Positions 26,161-39,802 of a stretch of DNA of 64,000 bases are shown one piece after another (within the stretch, counting starts at the first letter, position 1; the number at the start of each line of letters is the position of its first letter). The translations under genes and the position numbers were made by a program. The stretch comes from Eledone cirrhosa (taxonomy: Eukaryota). The stretch covers positions 93,744,001 through 93,808,000 of the forward strand of contig OZ024741.1 of NCBI GenBank assembly GCA_964016885.1. The letters run 5' to 3'. The notes under the pieces were generated by a model that did no database searches, was not told where the DNA came from, and was given only the letters and a program-made list of their open reading frames with translations.

Positions 26161-27025
26161 AAATAACATAAGACTTCTTAAAGTCTATTATGTGACTCTA
26201 TCTAACTGTTGTCTAATTTCTAATGAGGAAATCAGCTTTCTTCATTGGAGGCTGGTTTCTTTTTTAATGGAGAAATTTAAAGAATAAAAAAAAAACAGAA
26301 TGCACATGTGCAGGTGCGCGCGCACACACACACTCTCTCTATCTCTCCTTGCAAAAATGAGTTCAATGTTACTGGTCTTTGCCTTTCCCATGGACGATGG
26401 TGGTATGGAGAGGGGAAACTGGTATGCATTAGTGACTGCTGGTCTTCCAAAAAAAAAGCATTTTGCTTGGGCTTGTACCTCAGAAGGGAACTTTCTTGGT
26501 GCAAACTCGTGGCCATACATGACTGAAGGGGGCCTATGACGATGTGTGATACAGTACTCTGGAATTTCTCAAACCTTTGAACTATCACCCTCTTGCTACA
26601 GTAAACTTCATCAAAACTTATTCATTAAAAATTAAATCTTAATAATTAAAGAAAATATATTCAAGCATTTATTGAATAACTAAATGAGGCAGTTTTATAA
26701 GCAACTACTAATTTGTATACCCCTACTCTTTGCCTTCCAGTGACCCTTTACCTGCACATTGTTTTCCAAGGTCCCATTTGAACCTCTGTGTCACAAGGGG
26801 ATGGTTGAATCCACTTTGTTAAAATTCCATGCCTATTCACATGCAGCAATAATTCCCAGTGAACTAATGTCTTTTCTAAATCTCAGTTATTTCTTGTTAT
26901 ATTTTCTGATGATCACTACATTAAATATGTTTAAAATTATTTAATTATTGTTTTTCATGCAGATGATGTCTCTCTGTAACCTCAGTGATTTTGTTTTTTA
27001 AAGACTACACTATATTTATGATTCT

Positions 27026-27249
27026 TTAACCCTTTAGCATTTACATTACTCTATATATACTATTGTATTTTTGTGGTAAAGGCTTTATCTTACATAATTA
27101 TCTCACATAATATCGAATCTATGAGATATTATTTATTTTGAGAACAATACCTTAATATCAGTATGAGTGGCTGATTAGAGCCAGTTTGAACAGAAAGAGG
27201 TGAGAGAATTCTGGCTGGATATGGCTGTCTTAAATGCTAAAGGGTTTAA
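27026..27249 (+). mobile_element. TTAA MITE family 1, upstream of exon 5
   Basis: TTAA-CCCTTTAGCATTTA ... TAAATGCTAAAGGG(T)-TTAA terminal inverted repeats. Confidence 0.8.
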
Positions 27250-27312
27250 CATGAACATATTTTCATTATCAATTATAATGGTCCATATTTTTTCTTTATG
27301 GTTGTTTTCCAG

Positions 27313-27536
27313 AAAATCTCACAGCTACATAGGATTGCATGTCCTGCTTACTTTCAAGAACAGCAACAAATTATCCAGCTCTGATCAAGTTAGGGATATT
27401 ATCATATCTAAATCAAATTTGCAACCAATCAGTGAGTCAATTTATATCAAGATACATCGTTTCTTGATACCTTATAAGTCATTAAGGGTGAATTTAATAA
27501 AGGCAGTGTCTTCATCAGCAGCTTTCTCTATTAAAG
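27313..27536 (+). CDS. SEA/mucin-like protein exon 5: SEA domain end
   Basis: gttgttttccag acceptor, AAG|gtaatc donor, phase 2 to 1; KSHSYIGLHVLLTFKN..VRDIII..IKIHRFLIPYKSLRV. Confidence 0.8.
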
Positions 27537-27608
27537 GTAATCAAATTCTTTAATTCGCTTTCTTTTTCCATAGTTTGCTGAAGCTAAAATAAAGTTGTTT
27601 TTATTGAG

Positions 27609-27795
27609 TTAACCCTTTAACATTTAAATCAGGCGTATCCGGCCAGAATTCTCTCCCCTTTTTCTGTTCAAACTGGCTGCTCATACTTATGTTAAGGTTT
27701 GTTTTCAAAATAAATATCAATCTCATAGATTCTATATTATGTGAGGTAAAGCCTTTACCATGAAAATACAATAGTAAATATAGAGTAAGGGTTAA
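27609..27795 (-). mobile_element. TTAA MITE family 1, downstream of exon 5, opposite orientation
   Basis: Aligns to the reverse complement of 27026-27249; TTAA at both ends. Confidence 0.8.
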
Positions 27796-28006
27796 CTTAT
27801 ATCAAGACCAGTGTAAAAAGGACTATATACTGTATTTTAGTTATTGTGTTAGTATTTTTTCTTGTTGTGTAGCCATAGATTAGCTCTGATCAAGCAAACC
27901 TATAGCACACAGCTGGTATTTATCTTGCCTTGTGGAAAAGATGAATGTAAAAAGTCCATATTTTTTCTTAACTATAAAACCTAAGAAATTACATTTTATG
28001 TTTCAG

Positions 28007-31000
28007 ACTTTGCTGTGTCAAAACATATTGATTTAAATACTACTTGGAATTACCACCTACATTTCAGCACCATTCAAAATTTCATTGAGCAAACCAATTC
28101 TGTGACATTGGCAGAAACTGAAACGATAACTACTGTTAAAAGAGCAAAAGATATAATTCCGAGTTCTGTTAAAAGACCAGAAAATATTGCCAATTTGTCG
28201 GTTAATGAGGAGGAAATACCAATTATTGATAGTGCTACAAAACAACCAAGTACTAAAACAGCTTTTATGAATGGAAAATTGTTTATTAATAAGACTTTTG
28301 TACAACCCTCTGGCAACAAAACCCAGCTTTTTATGAAAAAATTATTTAATAACACATTCCTAAGCACTTCTTGGTCCAATAAGCCCTTATATTCCTTTAA
28401 TGCTACAAATACACCTGGCTGGACAAATGATTTTGGTGTTTGGGGCTATAGATTCATTGCAACAACTACTAGCAAGTCTTTTGATCTTCATAACTCAAAT
28501 AAATTGAGCGATGTTTTAAATTCTCCTAACAATAAAACTTTGATTGAGAAAAGTTCAAAAGTCTTTACAAACCAAACTATAAATATCAGTGAGAATATTA
28601 TTGACCTAGATGTCGACAAAGGTTACAATAATCAATCTGAATTCATGCAAGGGAAATTATCTATAACTACATCAATCCCACATAAAGAAAATAATAATAA
28701 TTCTCAGACTAAACAACAAAAGAGTTCACGTGGATCAATAAATATAAAAACTGGCATTAACATAAAACCTTCTGGTTCTGGTTGGTTGGCCATTCCTTTC
28801 CGGTATTTAACAAGAGGTTCCTCAAAAAACAAATTTAATTCTTCAAACAATTATCACATGAATGATAAACGTAAAAGACAAAAAGCTTCTAAAGAACTGC
28901 CAGTAAAGGTTGGTGTTATAAGTTCCAGCAAAACTGTAACAACTCAGAATTATGTGTTAAATACTAGTTATTTGACTAGCATGAATAAAGGCAAGCCTTT
29001 GCATGGATCTAATAATGTAATGACAATTACAAATAGACCATTTGATCTTTCTGAAAAGGATAACATATTTAAGAGCTCAACTACAGTTGTTAAAACTAAA
29101 TTATCATTTAAATATGACACAACCTATAACAATAGCTATAGAGATTATGTAGAAAGGGAACAGCAGAATTTTAAATTGGATTTCAAGAATATTACATTTA
29201 TTACCCACAATCAAACCACTGTGTCTAATGTCTTATCTAATGTTAATGATGGAAAAGAAAATTCTACACTGAAGCTTCCAGCTAATACCTTTGACAAAAC
29301 AACTGTTAGAATATTACACCCTGGTTCAGAGTTTTCTAACAAAGTGATTGTTACAGATTCATATTCTCTTCCTTCTTTCTCTAATATAACTAGAAGTCAA
29401 TTAGAGAGTGATCAAACTCACAAACTTAACGAGTCAAATCAGTATAAACCTAATGCCATAACTTCAAACTCACTTTCAACCACTATTTCTTATAAAGATG
29501 TAAAATTGTTGCATAATAACTCCCCAACATACTTAATTTCTGTACTCTCCTCTGCTTCTAATAACAGATCAAAGGTTAGTTCAACACCAAACAGTACTCA
29601 TAAAGGAAATATACACTTTAAACCAACATATGCACCTCCTTTCTTGGAAGAAGTTTCAACAACTCTTCTGATGAACAAATATTTAAAGAAAAAGGTTCAT
29701 AAAGATGTTACATCAGTTAAGTCACCCACAAATAGGAACCAACAGTTTAACATATTACAGACATCTACTACAAACAAACTGCAAGGTGTTTATAAATCAG
29801 AATTAAACAGAAATAGGAACCAAGTCATTATTTCATCACAGAAGCCTACTACAAACTTGAGCCAACAAGATGTTAGTACACTCGAATCAAACAGAGATAG
29901 AGTTCAACAAAATGTAGCTATCACACAGTCAACAAGAAAATGGGACCAGCTAAGTGTCAGTACATCACACAAATTGATCATAGACAAAAATCAGAGAGGT
30001 GTAGTTGCACCACAGAAGTCTATTACAGGTAAAAGACAGCAACATCTAACACGACAGAAACATACTGTTGGAGTGACTACCCCTTATGACACCATGTACA
30101 ATACAGTCAAACCTCCCCCTGCTCAGTATACTCAGAATATAGTGTCTCTCAAAACATATCTAATAGATAGCAGCACTGATGTCACTGTTTTCTTTCAGGG
30201 TTTGAATTTGATGAAAAATGCAACAAAAGTTGATCATAAAAATCTGTCGGGCAAAGTTGATCCACAACTCGACAGTAATATTAAAAAATACCATCCAACT
30301 GTATCCAAAGAAATTGGTGTGACTGCTTTTATGTCTGCAGGCTTTGGCTGGGTAAAGATTCCTATCAATAAAACTTTACCGGAGTCTAACATCGAAGATG
30401 ATACCCACAATATGATTATCAAAAAGAATTACAAAAACGCCTCAAAACTCACTACCAAGTCCATGAAAGGCTCACTATTAGCTTCTATAATCATTAACAT
30501 TACCAATAAATCAACAACTAAACAAAGTGTAGATGTCACTGACACTAAACTACCAAATAGTTCTTACCCAACACAAAATTCTATTGTGACATGGTTGAAT
30601 GTTCCACAAACAAAATCTAATAATGCTCCATTGAGTGTAATTGAATCTCAAGGTTCTAATGTTTTGACTTCACTTGCACCAGAAAACATTCTAACTCACA
30701 AAGCAGTCAAGAAAAGTGCTATTTACATGTTAAATAATAATATATCTACAGTAAATCCTAACAGTATTAACATGAATACAAATTATAGTTTAACAACTGA
30801 TACTCCAAATGTTTTAACAGCATCCACATCTCAAGAGCTGCACTTTACACCTAATATCCTTCAAAAGAAGAGTCAGCCTTATGGTTCAACTGAGAGATCT
30901 TCAAAGTTTATATCAACACAAATAAAGCAGACATTTGTACATTCACAAAATACTCCTGCCTTTGAGCAGAACAAATCTTTGACACCTGCGTTAAATGTAA

Positions 31001-31434
31001 CTTTTGCTCTTCATAATAGAAACACTAAATGGTCCCAGAGCTTGAATAAAATACATCCTCAAGATTTCTCTACTCCACAATTTCCAAGTAATACAATCCA
31101 GGATATGACCACTACACCAAACCAATTTATATCCTCACCAAATTTTTTATCAAATAAACTGCAACTCACCAATTCTTCTTCTCGTCATGAGACAGTAGTT
31201 GACATGGCATTAGCATCTCAAAAGCCTCATGTTTTGCCATTTAAAATTAATTTTACAACACTAAATCCCCCACATACAGGTTCCTTGCAATCTTTGGAAC
31301 AAACCATTATGAAATCGAAAGTAACTCTAGCTCATATCTCAGACAGTATGTCTGCAGTAAAGATCACAACTCCAACTACCACCTTACAACCATCACAAAC
31401 TTATCTACAAAAAGAACCGCAAGCAAGTAATTGA
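28007..31434 (+). CDS. SEA/mucin-like protein exon 6: ~1140-aa Ser/Thr/Asn/Lys-rich low-complexity region (terminal exon, or spliced at 31426)
   Basis: ttttatgtttcag acceptor in phase 1 joins the 1139-aa ORF in frame; many N-x-S/T sequons, no Cys; possible donor GCAA|gtaatt at 31426 or TGA at 31432-31434. Confidence 0.85.
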
Positions 31435-31456
31435 GGAATAATTAGATTGCTAAGTC

Positions 31457-31462
31457 AATAAA
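31457..31462 (+). promoter_or_regulatory. Candidate polyadenylation signal AATAAA
   Basis: AATAAA ~23 nt after the TGA of the giant exon; this hexamer is common in AT-rich DNA. Confidence 0.3.
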
Positions 31463-34400
31463 TCAGCAAATATCAAAAAGATAAATATGAATATTTTATT
31501 TATTAATCCTAAAGTTTTCAATAGTCAAGGAAAGGCACAATAAGATACTTATAGTACAATAGGGATTTCATATAGAGAATTCCAAGCATTTGTCAGTGAA
31601 AAAGAAATGAGAAACTGCTTATTCATGCTTTTCTAAATAGAAATTTCTAATGAAATACACTGTATCTGAATTAATTAATAGAACATTTGGATTTACTTTA
31701 TTTCATAATTAAGATGGCATTTGTAATATAACTTAACAAAAAGTTCAAATTATTTTAGAATTTAATTTAAATAGGAACTCTTTAAAATGAGTTGTTTTGT
31801 TTCAGAGAATCACTGGGTTGATATAAAGAGTTTAACATTGGTCACCTTTTGTAAAATGATTAAGAAACAGTTCATTTACCAACCATAAAATAGCTTTCAA
31901 TTCATAGAAGTATCCAAAAGATTTAAGTGCAAAAACATTTAAATGAATGTTTTTTTTGTTTTTTTTTTTCATTTTAAACTTTATTAGCAAGGTATTGATA
32001 CTTTTTTTTAGACTGTCATGGCTTTCTTGCTTTATAGTATGTTTAAATATAATAATAAACATCACTCAAGTTCTTCATTACCAAACAGTTTTTACTCTGC
32101 AAAATTTATTTGGAGTTGAAGGAGGTTTTGGGAATATATTTTACACCACTGCCAAAAAGTATTTTTAATTCTTTTGATACCAACCTACCCAAAACTGCAT
32201 TGGTTTTATGATATACAACTGCCCATTTTAAAATGTTACATTATTTTTTTAAAGGAATTTTTGTTAAGTAATGTTTTAAATATTGGCTTACTAAAGAAAA
32301 AGTTAGTTATCTTATTAATTTTAAAAATTAATTGATACACATAGGCAGTACATTTCATTAGAAATGTAGCAACAAAAGGATTAACATAGGTAGAATGCCA
32401 CAAATGGTGGTGGTAATAATAATTTCTAATTTAAACACAAGGTCAACAATTCTGAGGGTGGTGGATGCGTTGGTTACATCAACGCCAGTGCTTAGCTGGT
32501 ACTTTGCTTTTATCCTTCTGGGGGGTCAATAAAATAAAGTTGGCCTGAGCAAGAACAAATACAACAAAGTATTTTGCCAACCCACCATTGTAATAATAAA
32601 ATTGAGTGTATAGAATGCCTGCATGGTCTTGTAACTCCTGAGGGAGTTGTAGGAGTGCCATATTGACATATAGCATTTCTAGAGCATTTTAAAACCTGGT
32701 GGAGCTCATTTCCTCTCCAGGTTTGAATAGAGCAGATTTCTTCCAGAGAAGGTTAGAGAGTGAGAAAGAATCGACCCCAGTACTAGACTGGTACTTTTAT
32801 TTATTTATTTATTTTTTATTGGCCTCAAATGGATGAAAGGCAAAGTTGAGCTCAGCAGTATTTGAACTTAGAGAACCAAAATGAATCTGACATTCTAACA
32901 ACTCTGCCAATTTGCTGCCTTTTATTGTATGGAATACTGGAGGTAAAAATTTTACAAGTGACCTTAATGACATGTGATAGTGATCTTAACTACATCTTGA
33001 ATGTTTTTATAGCTGGCTATCTTTAAGATACTACAGAGCTGTAGTAGATTTCACTGGATGGTCTTTTGTGACATCCCTGTGTCTGTTTAACATGCCACTC
33101 AGTGAACAGGTGATGCACAAAATATGTTCATTTAAGCTCAGCACCTAGCCTCTCCCAGTTCGAAGACTGAAAAGCCACATTTTACTTGCGGTGCCACTGA
33201 TATTGCTATCATAGGATAGTCTAGCAGAACAGGTTGGATATAGAGTAAGCCTCCATTAAAAATCCTGCTTGTCTCATAAACAGTTGCTCATATGGTGAAC
33301 ATGAGTTTAATTAGATGACCTTAGCATTGTGAACACCAGTGGCTTCACAGATGATCGACTATTAATTAGACAATGAGCTGGCACAACTGCTCCAGTTAGT
33401 GGAGAAAACAGTATACAGGTGTGGCGTGCCACATATATTCTAGCCATTAGAAAAGGCAAAATGAATGCTTCACCTTCGATGGAGGGTAACTCAAGATCTT
33501 TAATAGAGCAAGCCCCCCCCCCCCCCCCCCCCCTTCATAATGAATATTTTACAATTGGCTGATTATATACCAATATCAATACAAAAGTTTTTTTTTTCAC
33601 ATAGTATATTCAAGATATTATCTGTCTACTTTTTTTTTTTTTTAAATGGCATGTGATTTGAGGGAGATTTGGCTGCTAATTTTGCAGATCAAGTGACCAT
33701 ATAGGGGCTCTCTTGTTAACTTCTCAACATTAAGGTATTACTGATTTTGTAGCCTCAATTCTAGTGTTGGCTTGCACAAATCAGTGAGGGGAAAGCTACA
33801 TGGTTATTTGATCTGTTAGAAATAAGTCAAATCTTCAAATTGTTTTTTGCCTCCTTAAAAAGAAAAAAAAAAACGAGACCATTGGATATATAATCCTAGA
33901 TCCAGTATGCACATAAAAAGAAAAAAGGCAGGATGGTTATGGCTGGAATAACTTTGATCATAGGTTTGCTCAATGAAGGCTAGCATGAAGCTATGTAATG
34001 GTATTACTACACCAACCACAGCATGAAGAACTTACAGCTAGTTGGCTTTGTAACATCTAACAAAAAAAGGAAAGGACTATTTGATCAGACCATGAAAACT
34101 ATTTCAATTGATTTTTTTTTTTTTTTTTTTTTTTTCTTTCTTTCTTTTCTTTGTTATCTGCTGATTCCAACTCCTGAAAGAAAGAAGTGGGATTTGAACT
34201 TAGAACACAAGATCAAATGCCATAAAGCACCCTGTCTGACTTTTTAACAATTTGTCCAGTTCATCAGCCTTAGATTAGTACTTTATTTATTGACATTGAA
34301 AGATAAAAGGCAAAGCTGACCTAAGCAGGATTTGAACTTGAGGTGCAGAGAGCCAGAACTGACACTGATGCTCTAACAACTCTGCCAATTCACCGCCATG

Positions 34401-35317
34401 TAACATCAATCATGAGTTTTACAAATGATTAAACTATTAATACAAACTAGATTATGATAGTTTTACAGCTAGCTGACCTTGTAAAGCAACTGAATAATAT
34501 TAATTCTGAGGATTAGATTTCACAATACAGTTAGGTCAAATAGCAAAACATTTAAAAGCAATTTCTGTTTATTTGAGAATCTGAAAATGGAACAAGGAAT
34601 GAAAAATATTTCATTTTAATTGAAAATCATGTTTATACTTGTGTGTGTGTGTGTGTGTGTCAACTCTATGCTGCAAAGCAGGGTGTCTAGTGCTCTGCCA
34701 ATCCACTGCCCTTATCAGCTTAATAAATGAGAAATGTTTTAAATGTGTTTGCTTTTTCACTTTTTTTTTTATTGTGGATGTGACTGATATATATTTCCAT
34801 GCAAAGAACAATTGTTGTATAAAATCAAGTTATGTAACAGACAGGTGACTAAAATATATGAAGTTACATACTCTTGGGTCTTGATTAATTGCTCCACACA
34901 CCCTGCTCTTATTCCAACTGCCCCGAAATTAAAGTTTTGTAAAGTACATTACTAGAAATCCCAAGTTATAAGATGAATAGGATGGGGTCACAAACTAAAT
35001 GACTGTCTGATTTTTTTTTTAAAAAGCCAGAATTAACCTAGAAAAATTCCAGCCTGCCCCCTATTATTTGGGACTTGATAGGGTTTCTGGACATATAAAC
35101 CAGTACTCTCATCAGAGGAATATATAAAGAATTCTTAGCAGCAGCAATATTTTAAAAGAATAAAGTTGTTGTTCTTTTGCCTGTTTTTTATCAGAGGTCA
35201 AACTATTATTATTTTGGGAAGATGGGGGTGAGAGTATCAAGGACATTCTGTGTTTTGCTTTAAGGAGATTGTGTGATTTGGTTCCCCATTTTTATAATTT
35301 GAACAACTGCCCAGAGC

Positions 35318-35607
35318 AGTGATTCCCAATGTAAGGCACATGTCCCACAGGGGGAACAATTTGAAAATGATGTTAATGAGACCAAATTTCAAGTTTTACA
35401 TTACTTTTACACCAAGTCAACTTTGGTAAACATTACGGTCAGAAACTCCTGTCTCACCTCTTCCACATGTTATTGTGCATCTGGCACCACCTATATGCAA
35501 ATTTGTTTACTTTGTAGTTGATCATCATTGTTTTTGTATTAAAGGGGGACATAACAATTTTTGAATTGTTGAGGTGGGGTGTGGTGCATAAAAGTTGGGA
35601 ACCACTA
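35318..35607. mobile_element. hAT (Charlie-like) non-autonomous element
   Basis: TIRs CAGTGATTCCCAA ... TTGGGAACCACT; degenerate 8-bp flanks. Confidence 0.55.
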
Positions 35608-38544
35608 ACTAAGAGGTTCCAATGTTGGCTCATTTCTTTTTTGTAAATTAATAAAAGGACAACATCCATGTCATTCAAAGAGCATCCCAGATTTGTGAGT
35701 TTGATGTAATTAATGTTCAGCTTGAATATTCATAGATTGTCTGCAAGAAAATTGAGGGTAGGGGTGGGGGGGGGGGGGGGGGGTATTTCCAAATAATTGA
35801 AGGATGTGGAAGTGTTTTTTGGGGGGTGGGGTGTGTGGAAGATGAGACGGGGGATTTAGGGTTGGTTAGTTAGGTCATGGTAGAAAGGGTATGCAGATGG
35901 TTAGTTAAAAGGATCTATTGTAGTTGATCAGGGGCCATTAAAGTAGAGGTTAAAAAGAGCAGAGAAGAAATCTTACATCTGAGCACTAAAGATTGTAGAA
36001 TGTTTTGTGAATTATTGCTAATTGGTCTACTTTTGGATATGGTAAGAAAAAGTTTGTGTTTGCAGCAGCATCACTGTTCCATATAGGTGAGCACTAATCC
36101 AGTGTGAAAAGCAGGGTCAGCAAGAGATCAAAGTAATTCCTACTTCATCATCATCGTTTAACGCCTATCTTCCACGCTAGCATGGGTTTAGACGGGAATT
36201 GTCCCACGTGAGGCAGGATTGGTTGTCTTGCTTGTATATGGTTTTCTATGGCTGGATGCCCTTCCTAACACCAACTACATTTAGTGTGGACTGGGAGATT
36301 TTTACCGTGTTACCTACATGGCCACATTACAGCATGAACTGTTTTGTTTTGTCGTGACACCTCCATGACCTCATTTAGGACTGGATGCTTCTATAGAGTA
36401 ATCTAAATCTTTTGTATTGCAGTTTTGGTTATCTTTTACACACAAGATTATTACAAATTAAGGCCCAGGATTTGTTGACTTAAGTTTTTAGCTGCATGTT
36501 GTTCATGATTGAGTTTATGCATATGTGCTTGTTTAAAGAGAGTAGGCTGTTAAGCTCCCAATCAAAAAGCATTAGTCATTGTTCATGAATTCCGTGTCTT
36601 GCATGAAGTATTTAGGTTGTGTTGATGCTTGTATGTAGAAAATAAAGGTTGAATGATATGCAGTCATCATCATTGTTCGTTTATTTTCCATAAATGCATG
36701 TTAGGCTGTTATATTATGGAGCCAGACAGGTCAGGTGACTACATCTTGCTTGTATGCTCCATTTTTGGCTTGGATGCCCTTCCTAATGTCAAACAACTTA
36801 TAAGGTAGACTGGGTGCATTTTGTTGTGGGACTAGTATAAACTACCTTACATGGTGGACTGGATGCTTTTTTTTTTGTGGCAAATGAAAGTTTTGTAAGA
36901 AAGGTCAGCAAATAGATCATCAATGCATACAAGGAAGTGGTCTACAACAAAATCTTAGTGTACACTAGTGTTGATAGATTTTTAAGGTTGACGAGAGCTT
37001 CATTAGAGCATACTGTAAAGTTTCTGGTTCAAGAAATGAGAGATGCATGAAGATCAAAGTGAACAACTTGCTGAGAAGAGTTTTCTGTTGACATTGTGAA
37101 GACTTTGTAAAAGCAAAGTAGTTGAATTTGACATCAGCAAAGTTCTCAAGATTGAAGGAGGACTAGTAAGGAGAATAAATTCCTAGGCAGATTTAGCTCT
37201 ATGAAAATCATACTGGTGCTCACCAAGGAAGGAGAGAGATTTAAGAGGAAACCGATGTGGCTGTTTACTGTTCTTTCCATTACCTTTAAGATGATATAAA
37301 TGAGAGAAAATGTTCAGTAGTTTGCCAGGTAAGAGATTACTCTCTTGGACAATGAGAGGGGACTCATTGTGCTAAGTTTCCAAACATAATGAGAGTTAAG
37401 TGAGAATGGGAACAAGTACTAGAGTGCATCATTTAAGGGTCATAAAAGAAATCTCACCAGAATTACTTACCTTAATTAAAGGTGTTTTCTCTCATGTCAA
37501 ATGGATGGAGAAATTGGAGGGTGGGGACAAGGGAAGAATAGTTTAGGAGCGTTGTTAAGAATGTGATGTACAGAGTGTGAGGCAGGGCCATTTTGTTTGA
37601 GAAATGGTATGTAAGAAGATTCTGAAAAGTTGGTAAAGACCATCTTTAAGGATCAGAAGACTGTGGAAAAGCTTGTAGGCTTTACAATACATGAAGGTCT
37701 CTTTTGAAAGTCTTGCATGTGTGGTGGGTGGGTGATTTCCTCAAAATGTAGTATTCTAGGGGTTGTACTACTGCAGTACAAAAAGACAGGCAGATCGGTG
37801 TTGATGGAAATAGAGATATCTGAGAAACTTATAGAGATGTTGGAAGTCAATTTCAATGCAAGGTGGGAGGTATTAATGACGGAGGTGAACTGGACACTGG
37901 TGAATGAAGTAGAGCTGATATAGCAACTGTATAGTAAAGGGGTAGAGCCACTATAGAGTAATTATGTAGCTTTGCTTACTACTGTACAATACATATCTTA
38001 GATCAGTATTTTTTCGACAACATTCTAGGCATTGTCATTCTATCTTAAAGTACTTCCTTCTAGAACATTCTATATCATCTAATTTCACAGAATGTTGTTT
38101 GTATAAAAAGAAAAAAACCACGTCAGTTAAATAACTCAATGACTAAATTATGTAACTTTTTTTTTTTTTTTTTTTGCTGTTGTTCTGACACTATTTCTAT
38201 CAATAACATATTTCTTAGTCATCAAAAATCAAGTCTGTAGAGTTAGGAGGAACTAAAAACACCAGGAATAAAAAGGATGTATATGGAAATTGCCAATAAT
38301 GACATAAAAATGCATAGAAACTGGTCATAGGAGTGAAGCCCTATTTAAAAAAACTGGAGATTGTTTAAGTATGAGGCAGCTTATTGTTTGGTTATATATG
38401 AATGTATGTGGGTATGTAGTGGCCGATGGTAACAGCACAAACCAATCAATGAAAAGTTGTCACGACCCAAATCGGACCTGTTCATCTGGTGTTTCCCTGA
38501 TGTGCAGAACTCCAAGATAGCAAGGGAGATAACTTTAAAATATA

Positions 38545-39225
38545 ATAATGAAAATTATTGTGTACAGTGCTCAGGTATACAACTCATCAAAGGTGCATGT
38601 ATAGTACATAGAATAATTGTTTCTACTTTTGGCACAAGGCCAGCAATTACCCAGTGCATTACTGGTACTTTATTTTATCGACCCCGGGAGGATGAAAGGC
38701 AAAGTTAACCTCGGCGGGATTTGAACTCAGATCATACAGGGAGGTAACTCTATGCTTCAAAGCATGGCATCCGACCCTCTACCGATACTGCCAATTCAAG
38801 GAAAGTGAACAGTGTGAGTCATGATATAGACACACACACGTGTGCATGGAGGGGGAAATATCAGGTGAAGTGTTGGCGAATTTCGGGAAGTATGACAGTT
38901 TTTAAAGATGCAGGTAGTTTGTTCATCAAAGCTTCAACTCTGAATGTGGAAAAATGGTTCTGAAAGTCAAGGGAGCTGTACTGTTATCCGATTTTGCAAG
39001 CATGTCCATGAGTGTTAGACATATGAAGTTCAGAAAGGTGCCCAGGTTTGTTGTTGGAAAGATGGTTAATAATCTTGTGGGTGTCCACCAAGTCAGTTCC
39101 AGACTGGTGATGCAAATTCTAAATGTGGATGCACTGTAGCTATATACAGCTTTAAATAGATGGGAGAGCAGTCGATAAAGGTTTTACTGAGTGATGCTAA
39201 GACACCCTTGGCCATCTTGACAACA
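38545..39225 (-). mobile_element. CR1/L2-type LINE 3' fragment with a SINE A insertion (~38612-38797)
   Basis: Shared terminus (AAT)nGAAATTATTGTGTACAGTGCTCAGG; minus strand 'HLEFASPVWN'; SINE interrupts after ..GTACATAGAATAAT. Confidence 0.75.
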
Positions 39226-39600
39226 TATATGGGTCTGAGACTTGGATTCTAACCAATAGACTTACTCAGATGGTGGATGGGTGCTACACAAAAATGCTGA
39301 GGATGGCTCTAAATATTAACCAGTATGCACTGAGGATGAAGAACTCAGAGTTGTATGGGAACCTCCCAAAAGTCAGCTCGAAAGTGTCACAGAAGAGACT
39401 GAGGTTAGCTGGACATGCTCATAGACATTCCTGTGGGAACCCCTACATGGACACACTGGAAGAGGGAGACCAAGGATGACATCTGTTGATGCCCTAAGAA
39501 CAAACACTGGTCACTGGGAGAAGAGACATAGCGGCGATGATGAAGGACAGAGGCCGCTGGAGAGAACTCGTCCACGGATCTCAGGAATTTTACCTGCGCT
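39226..39600 (+). mobile_element. RTE-like LINE 3' fragment
   Basis: 'YGSETWILT..DGCYTKMLRMALNI..RLRLAGH', ending at (TA)n. Confidence 0.7.
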
Positions 39601-39802
39601 ATATATATATATATATATATTTTTGTGTGCACACACATCTGTATTTACATTTACTGGCTTGTTTATATCCTGTAGCCAAGCAGTTTGACACAGAGATCGA
39701 TGAATCAGACTTGAAAAAAAAAAGAATAAGAATAAGTTGATGTGATCAACTAAACCGATTCGAGGTGCAGCCATCTGGAATTAGTAAAAGAAAAAGTATT
39801 AT

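Noticed and set aside
35080-35118. Second hammerhead-like CTGATGA..GAAA on the minus strand
   Set aside because: Stem II does not close next to the core and stems I/III are not supported.
36065-36087. Possible phase-1 micro-exon continuing the SEA gene (tttgcag..ATAG|gtgagc); similar candidates near 35194 and 59096
   Set aside because: Too short to distinguish from chance, and no Cys-rich or protease exons were found to anchor a downstream model.
37000-38000. Possible minus-strand gene segment with an acttac donor at ~37465
   Set aside because: Many stops; it looks like a highly decayed LINE and could not be assigned with confidence.
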